The notes beneath the pieces are model-generated. The model was not told the origin of the DNA, did not search any database, and saw nothing but the letters and a program-made list of their open reading frames with translations. DNA of 64,000 bases. Source: Squalus acanthias. Its lineage: Eukaryota. The stretch is from positions 99,138,001-99,202,000 of the forward strand of contig CM059427.1 of NCBI GenBank assembly GCA_030390025.1, in the 5' to 3' direction. The position numbers and the translations under genes are program-made. Position 1 is the stretch's first letter, and each line of letters starts with the position of its first letter. Of the stretch, positions 26,140 to 39,812 are shown in pieces.

Positions 26140-26620
26140 GATATAAATGCTGCATTGTATGGTACTGAGTCTTATAAACCTGCCAGTTCCTCGGTTTGAT
26201 CCCTGTCTATGCTGTTAATGTTTCTAAGGCACAGCACTGGAGATTTGGGAGTTGGTTACGATTCACTTTGGAGGGATGGGAAAATCAACTCTGGTTCTTG
26301 TTGCACCTGATTGCTGTCCATTATGTCCTGCTACACAAATTGTGTTATCAGTACCATTCTGAGCAGCTATAAATATGGCTGAAGTGGGAACCTTGGTTGA
26401 TTTTCCCATCCCACTGAGACATATGTGTGGATATCGGGTGAGAGCAAGGTTGGTCTGTGGCTGTGACTCCCCTTCCTTGGTCTGAGACCCTCACTATTTA
26501 GATTCATGTGAAGAATGGTCCCTTGGATGAGGCACGGATGAGCTGTTAGCCAATCCAGCGTCCAACATGAACCCCTTGTTTTGAGAAGCGGGGTGATGTT
26601 TGGAAGTCCTGCCATGTGAT
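26140..26620 (+). mobile_element. LmeSINE1-like SINE, decayed
   Basis: GGTACTGAG...GGTTTGATCCCTG...GGGAAAATCA...GGATATCGGGTGAG...GTGAAGAATGGTC. Confidence 0.55.
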
Positions 26621-29524
26621 CCAAAACATGTAGTCTTAAGGCGTGAGATTAGTAACCACCTTTTATCCTATCTCTTGTAATACGTCCTCAAAAGACAGCT
26701 ACACAAAGTTACTATTTCAAACAAATATGGCAAACAATTTTTTTTTTAAATCGCTGTTTTATGTAATTATCCATAATACTGCAAAATGAAGTCATCACTA
26801 ATCCAGTATTGGGGACTGACTTTCATAAACAGCACCAGTTTTGCGTTATCTGTTTAGAACAGCATCTGAATCTTTCAATAGGATGACTGTCTTCTGGTTC
26901 ACAAAGAGAGCGCCATTATCATTTCTATAGTAATATCAGTCAAAATCAGCATGCAAATAACTTCAAGACTGCGTTCTGTAATTATTGGTGATTTGTGACC
27001 TCATTTACTTTATGTACTTTGTAACATTATGATCCAATTGAAGAAATAGAGGTAACTGTTACCTTTGTAATTTTTGGTTTTGAAAAAGTAAGGGTGGGGG
27101 CATCTGGGATAATGGATTGCAGTTTTGAATTGTCAAAATGAAAGAAAAGATTTTTCTCCTGGGAGCTTTATATTGAGATGGCTGTTATTGCACTGCATTG
27201 ATGTGGCCAGCAGTGGTTTTCGTTATGTTAAATGCAATTCACAAGAGGAACGAGAGGGCTGGGATCAGATGATCATTGTATTTACTCTCTATTTTCAGGC
27301 TTGTCCACAGACTGCCTTCTGAAGCGTACCTATTTCACTGTTTGATGTAGGATTGTACCCTTCACTGTGACAATTTGTGTCCTTGATAGCCCACAATAAT
27401 TAGGGTAATTTTATGGCAAGAGTGTTTCAATTTTTTAGCAAGCAAGTTATTGAGAATGTTTTTTGTGAAACTGCATTTTGGTTGGTTGACTCTACTCAAG
27501 GATGATTGGCTTTTAATCCTTTGTTTAAATTCTCTATCTGTAGTTTAAATAGTTTTTGTTCATGTCAGTCGTTGCCATATTTGTTTCTCTCTGCAGTTAC
27601 TTGAATATTTTGCTGAGAGGGTGTTTGTAATTTGGAGCTTAAAGCTATAGAGAAAGTAGATAAATGTTTTGTGTGTGCATTCCTTGTACCATCTTAACTC
27701 CGCAATGGAGAGACTGCCTTTTACTTTCAAGGCTCTGACCATTTGATTTGACATGCACATCTAAACTGTTCAATCTTTTTGTTCAGCATTTCACATAATT
27801 GCTTAAGGTTTTAGCCATTTGGCTGCAAAACATTTCTTGTCTGTTTCTGCCAAAAATGATCATTTTCCTCGTCCCATAAAAAGCTCAATTCTTTCCCATT
27901 GTTGGCTATTAATCTCCTGTATCTGTTGAAATTCATTTTGGAATTTTACATTTTTTTTGCATGAGTGCATGCATCAACATGACGGATGTCAGTGCTGACA
28001 CATTTTGCACTCCGCATTGTCACTTAGTGCTTTCAACTCAATCTAACATCGGCAGATTCAAAGTAAAGCCTCTGAGCTATTGATATTTATAATTGAATAC
28101 AATTTTTGTCAAATTGGGGGCAGATTTTGTGCTGTGGGCCCATATCAATTAAGTACTCCACATTCACTGCAGGTGGTACAGTATTCTTGCAGCCAACGGA
28201 GGGAGAGAGCTTGGACTCGAATCCACGTAGCAAAAACAAGTGTTTTAGCAGACTTCAGTGTCCAGTCCCTCAGCTTTCAGAAATTGTATAAGTTTGGGGC
28301 AGAAATATTTTGACCCTCTTTCCAAGGCGATGTAAGTGGTGAGCCCTCCATGGGTTGTACTGAGGTTAGAATGGTTTTAAAGGGAAAATTAATTTTAGAA
28401 TTTTTTTTGTGCAAAGTAATAACTAGCAGACAGATACTTACGCTTTTGACTTTGCTTTGTGTATGTATTATGAATGAGTTAAAAATAACTCTTCTGGCCA
28501 AAAGTTAAGAGGCTACTAAGAGTATTGTTTTAGGGCCACGTTAGCACTGGTTTGGTCGGCACTCCATCTTTACTGCGATGTAGTGTGTGCTCTGTGCTGT
28601 GGTTAGGAAGCTCTGTAGTTGCAATGCTTTGTGCTGCTTGTACATGCTTGAGTAATCAAACCAGTTCTAGCCTAGTCCACTAAGCAAGATAATTGGATGG
28701 TTGAGAGTAAAGGTTATGACAAAAGCGCATTGTAGAGGCCATCTTCAGTGTGTATGTGTTTGTGATGCACAACCCAAGTATTTAGGTGCATTTTGTAAAT
28801 CTGAAGGCTGAGGGCATCTAGTTGAACGGTGAATGATCACACAGGCTTTAAATGTCAGCTTGCAGTGTTGTGGGCTACATGGTTGCTAACAAAGCTTAAA
28901 TATCTTTTCTTTTGTCATCCCCAGCCTCCCCGTTGGAGGCTTGTTTATGGTTCAAAGCACTAATGTTAGGGGTTAAATTGCATGAGATTTTCAATGAGTC
29001 GCAACTCAAATAATGCAATTTTGATTTTTGCATTATTGTGAAGATTGCAACCTTTTTGTAAACTTTCTATATCATTGTTTATACCACAAGTCCTAACGTG
29101 AAGTCACTTAGACTATAATTTTAATTATTCAAGGCATGGAAGCTTTGATAGTTTGGTTAATAATGGTTAAACGCTTTTCAAAGTTAAGAAAGTGTAACAC
29201 CTTTTGGCTAAAATAAAAAAATGACAGTGGCGCAGCTTCTGTAAACCTAGAGTTTCTTCTTCCTTGAGGGCGAGTTGGTAGAACACGCTCTTTCGGCATT
29301 TTTCCATTAATAAAGTACTACCGATGCCACATGCATCACTCTTGCAGCATCAGGCGCCCTAGCAGTGTGACACCACCGATTGACCGTGCTTGGGCAGCAG
29401 TGGGAGCTCACTTTTACACAAGTCTTGGGAATTGTTACTGGATCCGATGACTGCATTTTCATATGGTGTCTGATGCAGAATGGTATTGGGTGGGAGCTGT
29501 GCATATATAGGAGATAAATATAAC

Positions 29525-29625
29525 TTCCTTTCTTTCTTTCTCTCTCTCTCGCTCTCGCTCTTGCTCTGTAGCACTCTTTTTTTTCTCTCTTTCTCACTAC
29601 TTCGCATTTCTCTCTCTCTCGCGCA
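29525..29625. repeat. CT-rich compound microsatellite
   Basis: (CTTT)n, (CT)n and CTCGCT runs. Confidence 0.8.
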
Positions 29626-30814
29626 CACATTGGTTTTGTGCCCCTGGCAACTGGAGCCCAGCAACTGTAATAAGTGGAATTGCTGTTGTACGAATTAAAT
29701 AAGGGAAGTGAGAAGAGGTGACACCTTCTTAAACTAATGCTATCTCATAAATTTAATGAGTTACTTCAGGCATGTGTTTTCATAAATTGCAGCTTATATT
29801 TAAATACGTTCACATCCAGCTAATGTTTGGGCTGTATGTTTTTCAGTAAGGAGTGATTTTTGGAGCTGTGTTCAGTGTAGTTTTTGTATTGAGATTGAAA
29901 TGGTAATTCCCCCTTTTAAAAAAAAAAATGTCAAAAGTAAGAAGCTCTGAAGAATTGAACTTCAAAAATAATTAGATGCAAGTGAGTTAAAAGGGTTTAA
30001 ATCCTCTAGATATGAGCGATGTGAGTATGACATTAACTAATAGTTAAACATTAGAGTTGCTTGCACTGAGGTCCATATATGTCCTCTGGTCTATTGGAGG
30101 TCTAAGCATGACATATTTTGATGTTTAATGTAATATATACAGGACATCAAATGGCAGCATAAATCTGATAATTCCCTGGTTTATTAGTTCTAGCGGAACA
30201 AGGCTTGTGTTGGATATGTTTTATTGTATAGTCAGGTAGATTTATGGCTGATTTCTCACCTCACTGTACGTGTGAAAACCTTGAAGATATCTACTGTACA
30301 CCTGATCTCTCTTGTTTAGAACCAAATCTAACTAAATAAGCTATTGCGTTGTGGCATAATAAGGGGTGAAATTATTAAGCAGTTGGCTTTTATTAGATTA
30401 AGGAGATTAAAAACAGTATCTGTGCTTATAAGGTTATTGTATAATGAACAATATATGTATGGGAAGTGGAATCTTGTGTGCTTTCTTAATGCTTAATTCT
30501 TAACATAATGAATACAATGTCGTTGCTATTATTTTTTATGTAGTCTTTGTACTCTAGCTGAAATAACCTGAAATTTTGTTCAACTATCTGATATCTGGAC
30601 AGTGAGACCTTGCAATCTGTAACAGCAAGAGTAAATTTGGAGTTATATATGTATGTGGGTTTTCACTCATGCCTGTGCCCAGAGTATATGTCATGGTGTT
30701 TACCATGGCCATGTAGCTGTTCTTCATGTATGCATCTGGACAGCGAGCATCTTTGGACTCTCAGACCAATGGTACCATCCCAGCTCAGCTTGATCCTGTG
30801 CCCGTAAACACATA

Positions 30815-31604
30815 GGGCTGGATTTTGTCAATGGGAAGCTTTTGGAGGTGGGACTGCTGCTTGCCGGCTTTCAATCCCGCCTCAGTCAGCTTCTGGCCAA
30901 CCAGCGGGATTTTCCCCTGATTGACCTTGTTAAGCCCGCCCAGCGGGCTCAGCAGGCCAATTAGGGGGAAGTCTGTGACAGAGCACGTCAACGTCTGACG
31001 TCCCATCTGTCAAGATTTCTTGAAAGAAGAAATGTCATCGTTTGACAGCTCTGTGAAGCTGTCAAACACTGACATTCTGTGTAGTTTGATGAGTCCTTGT
31101 GTTCAGGACTCATCAAACCTTTCAACTTTGCAGAAATCACCTGGAGGATCCAACAGCCAGTCTGTGAAATCTACAATGGAGATGTCGGGACTCCGGCTCC
31201 ACAGCGGCTGAAGGCTGTAGGCAGAAACAAAGGTAAGTGAACATTTTATAACACTTTACACTCACCTTACATACTTACCACTCCACACTTGCACCCATCA
31301 CTCACCTCTACATCTCACCTTTCAAACCCCTCCGTTCCCCGCTGACCTCCTTCTCGTCTCCTGCACACTGGCGGGGTTCTCCGAGGTCGGGAAGCCTGCA
31401 CTTCGGAGCTAAAAATAGGGATAATCCTTTTTTCTAGGATTTAATCCCTTTCCTGCCTCGAGGAGACGGGACCCGGGGCAGGACGGCTTCCCACCTCCTG
31501 GCAAAAGGGCACGGAGGCGGGTTGGGGGCAGGTTTGCCAGCCTCCCCAAAATCCTGCAACTTTACCGGCAGACCCGCCTCCTCGGGGCTGACAAAATCCA
31601 GCCC
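30815..31604. mobile_element. Non-autonomous DNA transposon (PIF/Harbinger-like MITE), 790 bp
   Basis: Perfect 16-bp TIR GGGCTGGATTTTGTCA (30815-30830 / 31589-31604), 3-bp TSD ATA on both sides and internal hairpins. Confidence 0.85.
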
Positions 31605-32019
31605 ATAGTTCCAGCAGGAGGTCAGTGGATGATCAGGAGGTGATGGGCAGTATAATGTGGGAGAGCGATGCAGAGGATGGTTTTCTGTTACTATCCCAAA
31701 TCCCAGGCTAAGAGTAAAAAGCTCCTGGCCTCTGATATAAAACTTGACATACTGGAACTGGACTGTAATGTTGCACATTCCATTTTTTTTGGACTGTGCT
31801 CCACACAGCACAGGGCTCACAACAGAAATATTTGGAGAGAGTAAATTGTGATCCTTGGAAAGATCCCAGGGTATTTCTTTGTAATCTGAGGAGTATTGTA
31901 CTTGTATGGCTCTGCATGGACTGAATAGTGCCAGGAAGCCTATTTTTTTTAAAGAAGCTGTGATGCATCTTTATCCCTGGAAGAGCCTGTAGGCACTCGA
32001 ATCTTGTGTAACTCATTGT

Positions 32020-32432
32020 TAAAACAACAACTTGCATTTATAGAGCGCCTTTAACGTAGTAAAACGTCCCAAGGCGCTCCACAAGAGCGTTATCAGACAA
32101 AATTTGACCCTGAGCCACGTAAGGCGGTATTCGAACAGATGGTCAAAGAGGTAGGTTTTAAGGAGGGGAGAGAGATTTAGGGATGGAATTCCAGAGCTTA
32201 GGGCCGAGGCAGCTGAAGGTATTGGCGCCAATGTTGGAGCGAAGGAAATCGGGGATGCACAACAGGCCAGAATTGGAGGAACATCGATCTCGGAGGGTTG
32301 TTGGGCTAGAGGAGGTTACAGAGATAGGGAGGGGCAAGGCCATGGAGGGATTTGAAAACAAAGGTGAGAATTTTAAATTTGAGGCGTTGCCGGACCGGGA
32401 GCCAATGTAGGTCAGCGAGGACAGGGGTGATG
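32020..32432 (-). mobile_element. L2 LINE 3' fragment, well preserved
   Basis: Minus-strand SSNSGLLCIPDFLRSNIGANTFSCLGPKLWNSIP and tail GGCGCTCTATAAATGCAAGTTGTTGTT. Confidence 0.85.
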
Positions 32433-32489
32433 AGACATACAATCTGGAATTATGAGAGGACTGAATGATGCAGTGAACTTGCAAATATT

Positions 32490-32750
32490 TCTTTCTTCTC
32501 TAATACCTGAGTTTAGAATTCAGTCCAGGCTGATTCGATAAATCTCTATTTGACCTGAAGGATCCTATGTGACGTGAGTGTGTGACGGTTTCAGCTTCTT
32601 GTAGATGTGAGTTCATCAGCACAGAACTGCTCATAATTGAGCACAATTTTTCACAAATTGTCTTGCTCTAAGTGATGGCAACTGGGGTAGGAAAAGGAAA
32701 TACCACTGTGGTCAATTATAGGAGCACATCTGAGGTTAAGTTGCATCTTG
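32490..32750 (+). mobile_element. LF-SINE-like SINE copy, decayed
   Basis: CCTATGTGACGTGAG...CAGCACAGAACTGCTCATAATTGAGCAC, colinear with the 4020 copy. Confidence 0.45.
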
Positions 32751-33574
32751 TAGCAAAGTAGAGAAAATGTTGCTGTATTTTCCTGTCCGTGGAAGACGCT
32801 GACCTGCAGATATTTGATCTGGACAGTTAGTATGAGAAGTGTAAAGTGTTTATGCCCCAGCGCTGACATCCCTTACCTCGATGAGCAGGGATCCCACCCC
32901 CTACTTCCTCCCACCTCCTCCCCCTCCCTCCCAGGCCCCAACACCTGATAAAGAAAATGTAATGTATACAGAATACCCTTTCACCAGAATAAAGGCTGCA
33001 TTACTCCTTCACTGCTAAAAATGTTTTAACTTTCACTAGAGCTCGTTTAAAAAATTCCCATCGTTTTTTTCAATCGGAACAGAATTGTTCTGATATGTTC
33101 ATTATTTGTAAATGAGGTCCTTAAAGCAGCCCAAGACTGAAGTGTTTACGCCTTTCTGCTTCATTCTCGATCTTTGTAAGCACTCTTTTTTTCTGCGCAC
33201 TCTATTGAAATCCCAATGGGAGCAATAAGTCTGACTGTGACAGTTTGATCCATGAATACTGCCCTATTGCAGTGAAGTGTGTGCGAATCTTACTAGAATT
33301 TCTCAGGATCAACGCAAGAGAAACTTTGTAGAACAGGGAACTGAACTTTTCTACAAAAAAGTAATGGAAAAGCTAACCCTTTGGTTTTGTTGACGTGTTT
33401 GATAGGTGAAATATCAGAAAATAAATAGTGCTTTAAAGGACTAACTGTAGAACATTGATTCTAAAGTGGAGGTAACAGGGTTGTGTGAATGCTAAATATT
33501 CAGTTGGTTAGATTTCAGTTTCCACACAAAATTCAATGCAGTGTATTTGAAGTTTTCCTTCAAAAGCAAGCTCC

Positions 33575-33785
33575 TGTCATGTGGATCCATGTGCAATATG
33601 GTGTGGTGCTGAGGCCAGAAAGATCCCAGATTAGATCCCTGGTCTATGCCGAGCTAGCTGATTTCAGCCAAGTAGGCAGTGCAGAATTGGCTTCAGTATC
33701 CCTGGGCTAGAGAGGGGAAAGATCAATTCAGATTCCCACTTCTGTCCAGTGGTCCTAGCTGGAAAGTGCAAGTTTCTGGATGATC
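33575..33785 (+). mobile_element. LmeSINE1-like SINE, 5' half
   Basis: GTGGTGCTGAG...GATCCCTGGTCTATGCCGAGCTAGCTGATTTCAGCC...CCCTGGGCTAGAGAGGGGAAA. Confidence 0.7.
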
Positions 33786-34839
33786 CCCGACTGTATAATC
33801 AGATAATTCAGCAGTGTACAGTATTTTAAGTTGAGGCTTATTTTTCTAAGAAATGGCTTCCTTTGTACACACTCATACAATGATCAGTGTTCCCTAAATC
33901 TAGCTTAAACACAATCCATCATTCCTACATCTTGCTTACAGTCTGGAACCCATAGCTAATCCTTGTGTTTGGAGAATGTAGTGTGGGCATCGGAGTTGCC
34001 AACATTCCAAAGTGATGATTATTTCATAAGTACTGTTTTGGAAGTTCTGAATTGCAAACTCATGCTTTCCTTTGTTGATAGGGTTAGTGCACAGTTGCAA
34101 TGAGTATAAATAAGGCAGTGCCCCTTGCCCCCATTTTCACCACCTCCATGTAAAGGCATTGCCACAGTGAGATGGATGTGATGTCTCTGCTTTCCTTCAG
34201 AATGCAAGCACATAGCTTGTGAGTGCTGAACCTAGTCCAGAAGTGATTCAGTCATGCTACCTGCTCAGGAGGCTTCCAGCTGGGCAATTTGGAGGATCTT
34301 TCTCATGTGTTTTCTCTGTTTGTTTGTTTATTGGAATCTACTTAAGTTAATCCCCCAATTTGTTAATGGAACAGTATTGGAGAAGGAGTACAATTCTAGT
34401 TTAAAACAGCACTTTGAGCCTAGGCACATATTTGCTTGCTCTGTTACCATATACCACAAAAAGGATGGTTTAAGAAGAATTGCACTGCAATGTTATTTAA
34501 ATTTGACTTCCATTCAAATAAAGGGATATTTGAATAACTGATCAAACCAGTCATCAATGCCAACAGTTACTGTGATGAGAGGGTACTATGTAATTGCGAA
34601 GAGGGGCCCTTTTTCCTCATTTTCAATTATTTTAATAGTGAATTAAAGTGCAAAGAGGCCAGAGTTGCCCTGAGAACTCTTAATTTGTATGAATAACCAT
34701 TTGATAATTTTGAAAATTATGTTTGGATTGCTGATCTTAATCCAATCCCTCACACTGTGGAGATCAGTAACCCTTCTGAGCTAGGTTCCTACGTATCATC
34801 AACACTCCCTGTTCTAAAAATGTATATGTTCTGCTGAAC

Positions 34840-35950
34840 AGGAAATGGACATTAAGCACAATAAGCCCATCCTTTGATAGATAACCCCACTTACCCGCCT
34901 GCTCACCAGCTCTCTATCTCCCTCTCACTCTCAATTTATTTGATTATCTCTTCTTTGGTAACTTGTCCCACAGCTCTGATACCCTTTGGGTAAAGAAATA
35001 CTTGTTTGACTTCTTTAATTACTCCTATCTTCCCACTTTTTAAACTTGTGTACCCTGCTCTTTTAAGCTTTTACCACAGTAAACAATTTACTTGAATCAG
35101 CTTTATCAATTTCCTTCATAATCATGAACATGTAAATTACCTTGAATCCTCCTATTAAGCCCGACTCACTTAACCTTTCTTTTTAAATTTGCTTTCTGTA
35201 GCTTCTCGAGGATAATGTTCTTCCGATCGACTGATTAAAATTTCACACAGTATTTCAGTGCCTTATACAGCAACAATACAACCTATTTAGATTTGTATGC
35301 TATCCTTCTGTTAATGCAGCCAAGTACCTCTTTACGTTTTTACCAAGGCCAAGAATTGAACTTGCCATTTTATAATTTTATCCACAATAGCCCTTCGATC
35401 TCTTTCCTGATCACATTGTAGAACTTTTTCATTTAATATTTGTTTCCTCTTTTGTTCCTTGCTTCGTTACTAATTATTTTACACTTATCCACGTTGAACT
35501 GGTACTTTAGAGCTCTGAGTCCTTCTGAATGTGTTCACATTGTTTCTGATTATTTGCTCTGTCTCCTGTTTTGGTATCTGCTACAAACTTGGATGTTTTG
35601 CTTCATCCAAGTCACTAATGTTTATTAGCAATAATAGCGGTCCCCATGTAACTTCTTAACAACCTGAAAAGTTCTTATTTATTGCTATACTCTTTTTCCT
35701 GTTTTTAAGTCAATTACCTATCTAGTGCCATATGTTATTGCTATAGATGTGACTCATTTTCTTAGCTGTCAATTATTGATGTGGAACCTTGTTAGAAACT
35801 TTCTGCGAAACTGTATGTATACTGTCGACTGTGCTTCCTTTGGCCACCTGGTCAGTAATATCTCGAGATCTCCAGTGGGTTAGATGAGCGCGACGTGCTT
35901 ATGCTGAATCCACGCTGACTGTCCTTTTAAGAAGTTATTCTTTTCCAAAC
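34840..35950 (-). mobile_element. Highly decayed CR1-like LINE
   Basis: Colinear with the minus-strand CR1 at 55003-56170, e.g. ACCCTTTGGGTAAAGAAATACTT, CACACAGTATTTCAG and TTACACTTATCCACGTTGAACT. Confidence 0.6.
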
Positions 35951-36019
35951 GTCAGCAATCAACAGACGCTGATTGAGAAAAGATTATTAAAGTTAGAATT
36001 CATTGTAACAATTTAACTT

Positions 36020-36325
36020 CTTTTGGATGAGACGTTAAGCCCTCCCAGGTAGATGTAAAATATCCCATGGCACTATTTTAAAGAAGAGCTGGGGAGTTCT
36101 TCCATTGTCCTGGCCAATATTTATCCCTCAACCAACACCTAAATCAGATGATCTGGTCATTTATTTCATTGCTGTTTGTGGGAGCTTGCTGTGCACAAAT
36201 TGTCTGCTGCGTTTCCCTTACAACAGTGACTACACTTCAGAAGTACTTCATTGGCTGTAAAGCGCTTTGGGATGTCCTGAGATTGTGAAAGGTGCTATAT
36301 AAATGCAAGTTCTGTCTTTCTTTAA
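36020..36325 (+). mobile_element. SacSINE1-like SINE, 3' two-thirds
   Basis: GGATGAGACGTTAA...ATCCCATGGCACTATTT...GTCCTGGCCAATATTTATCCCTCAACC...GCTATATAAATGCAAG. Confidence 0.85.
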
Positions 36326-37279
36326 CTAATTGTTGAAAATGAAAGTTTCACCAACAGTGCTGCTTTTAATAATCGTGTAAAGATGAAGATTCATGGAGGA
36401 CCCTCTTTACTTCCCTTTGAAGTATCTGCATTTAGGATGAACTGATGCTGCCTAGAACATCAAGTGCCATTCACAGTATTGTGCAGTCGGAACGCAGTTG
36501 CTTTTTAAGACCACTCTTCAGGAAGCAATTAGCTTAAAAGTGTATTCATCTTTCTTAAAGACTTTGTGTCCCCGCAGGAACATTATCCGATAGAAAGCTT
36601 GCCCAGCCTTTGTTGGGAGGTTTAGGGAGCTTCTCTTGCAATAAACCTTTCTGCCAAGGCAATTCTTCAGTGTCGTAGAAGAGTTGGAGAACTGGGTCAA
36701 GAGGGTAATGTTCCTGCTCTTTTGTCAAATAACTGCAGGGAGAGCTTAATGAGCTTGGTAGCACTTTATAGCCATAAATGCTTTCAATTGTCATTTGGAA
36801 TTGCGAAGAACATGACAGTACATTAATCTCATTATAAATACAAATAAAAATATTAGGTTATTTGAATATTCATGGATTCTATGCAACATGCCATTCCTCC
36901 ATGTTTTTAAAGGACTGTGTCTGATTTACATGTTTACAGGTTGAGATGTATGGGAAAAAAACTTCACAACTAACCAATTGTGATTGAGTCCTTGTGAACT
37001 TTTCTAGTAAGACCCGACTTTAATGCTGTTCTCTCACACCCACAGTCCATTGAGAGGTTTAAAGTGGTTTGCTAAATAATGTAATTTTACAGATGTTCCT
37101 TTCTAAAGTCACTAAACATGATTGGACTTCAATATTAAGCAAGTTCTACTTCTTAAATATACCGCAAAACCTTTGTTTCAAATGCAGTTGACATGAGAGC
37201 TACATACTGCAAGAACTGTTCATCTCTTAGAATTTCACTTTTTTCCCCCCTCTTTAATTATTTCCTCTTCTGTAGGCTA

Positions 37280-37645
37280 TGAATCATGATTGGATTTCAC
37301 GAGATGGGTACAGGGCAACCCCTGGTACCTTGCCCAAATGGCGATTTTTCACGTTGGCAGTAGACAGTGATTGTCAGCAGGCTACCCGAACAAAGGAAAC
37401 CTGATCCTGTTGTCAGACGATCAATGGTCAAGATGTGAACTTTCCAGCAGGCAGCATTTGGTAGTAATGAGGGAATTCCTGACTGATTGCCCGTCCCTCC
37501 AGTCCAAGGGTGCAGAGGCCAATAATTAACAGTCCAACTATTGCAGTGACTGAGATCAGCAAGCTCAGTGCAGAACAAGGATTGAACCTGGGACAACCTT
37601 GGTCCGTGCAGGTCAATAACATACTGCGTTTACTACCTCAGCCAT
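37280..37645 (-). mobile_element. LmeSINE1-like SINE
   Basis: CTGAGATCAGCAAGCTCAGTGCAGA...GAACCTGGGAC and GGTACCTTGCCCAAATGGC. Confidence 0.7.
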
Positions 37646-38994
37646 CAGAGAACTCTGTTCCATTTTGTTTGAGGCTTTGTAGTAATTGCTGTTTTATTTT
37701 CTTCAAGGTTGTCAAAGCAGGTGATTTGTTCTTTACAGTAAAACCTGTGGTTTTCAGTCTAAAGATCTTGGGCATTTTGTGCACACACACAGGTATGCTC
37801 CCTTTCCCACCTGGTAACGTTTCTACCTGACCAGGTATTGCAGTTCCACAGTTCTGTGTTCTAATTTTAACACCTATCTCTGGAGTGTCAACAGAAACCG
37901 ATTACTTTAACATGAGTCATAAAATAGCTTATCTCACTTGTGAATAGCTTTATGATCTTCTATTACTTGGAAATTTTTCAAACCGAAAAGGTTTTATTGT
38001 ATGCTCTTTACTGCGTTGAAAAGGCCACAATTTATTGTCTACAATAATGCAATAAAAAAGCCCAACTTAACTGTTGATATTGGGCCTGCGGAGGAAAGAT
38101 GGAGAGGGAGTGCCAACTAACTGCACCACACTCTTGATCCTGCCTTCAATTACCGTCGAATTTTGCAGTAAACCATCGCAGTCGTGGCTAACTCTTTTGT
38201 TGCAAGAAGATCCTCCTAGATAAGCGATTCTGCTCCAGAATTAAAATAATGCACATTTGCTGCAGCTATTCAGACTATATGCCGTAGGAATACCTTTTTA
38301 TTTTAGAACGACCATGTGTCCCCCACCTCCTCCCGCTCGTTCCAAATCTCTATTCCATTACATTTTTTGGTCACAACTTTGAGCAGTTCCACAGTGCATG
38401 TTTCAGCACCACACTGGTGCATTTACCCACAAACAATGGGAGAGCCTGGTCCCTCCTTTCTAGGTGTGCCCAGGCTGCATTTTAAAATGATTTTGGAAAA
38501 CCTTCAGGAAGCCTGTATGATTTAAATTTAAAAAAATACTTTGAACACTGAAGGACAATATAATGATGAGCCATGAAAGAATTCTTTTTACTTGCTATAA
38601 CAAGATCCCATTTGCATGTATGTGATTCCGACACAGGGAGTTGCTAATCTGTGCTGTTCTATTGGGGAAGGGCCTCGTGAATGAAGGACGATGGGGTAGT
38701 AAATCAGCACAAGCTACTTTATGCTTTTCCCAGAGCTTAGCTGCTTTTATCATGGCCTTGTTTTAGTTTGGATTCTGGGAGACTGAGTGGTGCTTACATT
38801 ACTAAATCTGGCTCACTCATTCTGGCGGCTGATGTAGCTATTTGTGGTTTTATGATTACGCCACCAGAATAAGGGAACTGCATTTAGTTCTGTAAATGCT
38901 GGGTACCAGTTCTTGGATGCCGGTATCCTGAGATCTTAACAAAATCACTACCAGAATAAAATTGGCTCCAAATTGGCAGTGATAAAAAGAACCA

Positions 38995-39100
38995 TGATCT
39001 GGAAATCTGAACTAAATACAAAAAATGCACAGCAGGTCCACTAGCATCTGAAAGGGAAAAAATGTTAATTGTTTGGCTATGACCCTTAATCAGAACTAGT
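38995..39100 (-). mobile_element. Penelope-like terminal fragment, decayed
   Basis: Reverse complement AGTTCTGATTAAGGGTCAT...CAGATGCT...GACCTGCTG resembles 11271-11369. Confidence 0.5.
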
Positions 39101-39511
39101 TTTGGCCATGGCCTGGGAACCAGGCCACTTGCTCTCCCCCATTGCCTGTACTTAGCATGGGAAGACCCACAGAAATGAGGGGGGATCAAATGTGTCTCAG
39201 TTGTTTTTTAATTGTATACTTTGGACAGTTTGAGATAGTTAGAAATGCGTGGAAAACTAGTTTGAGATATAAGTTATTGTTGGTATCTTGTTTATTTTAC
39301 GAAACTGTGCATGTTGATTCTGCTTCAAAAAGAAGATGGAAGTAATGCAAAGGAAAACTGTTTGTTTCTTTTACCTAGCTAACCACAGACTCTGTTTCTG
39401 AAGCACTGTACTTCAGAGCCCCATTTAATGAGAGTTGAGTTATCTGTGTGGGAGTCATGAGCCATGAGGGCAAGCCTACTTCCTTACACCAAACAGCGCA
39501 GCTTGGAATGT

Positions 39512-39812
39512 TAAAAGAAAGTCAGACTGGCATTTATACAGCGCCTTTCACAACCTCAGGACGTCCCAAAGCGCTTTACAGCCAATTAAGTACTTTTGAA
39601 GTGTAGTCACTGTTGTAATGTAGGAAACACGACAGCCACATTGTGCACAGCAAGCTCCCACAAACAGCAATGTGATGATGACCAGATAATCTGTTTTTCA
39701 GTGATGTTGATTGAGGGATAAATATTGGCGAGGACACCGGGGATAACTCCCCTGCTCTTCTTCGAAATAGTGCTATGGGATCGTTTATATCTACCTGAGA
39801 GAGCAGGTTCTT
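39512..39812 (-). mobile_element. SacSINE1-like SINE, 3' part
   Basis: CGCCTTTCACAACCTCAGGACGTCCCAAAGCGCTTTACAGCC...TGAGGGATAAATATTGGC. Confidence 0.85.

Noticed and set aside
31084-31118. TTGATGAGTCCT...AGGAC as a hammerhead ribozyme
   Set aside because: The core is UUGAUGA, there is no GAAA after the stem, and the whole stretch is just a perfect palindrome in a MITE.
37235-37300. Strong polypyrimidine tract plus TAG acceptor as an extra AGAP exon
   Set aside because: It runs into an antisense SINE with no AGAP-like coding sequence or convincing donor; the tract is probably the SINE's purine-rich tail.
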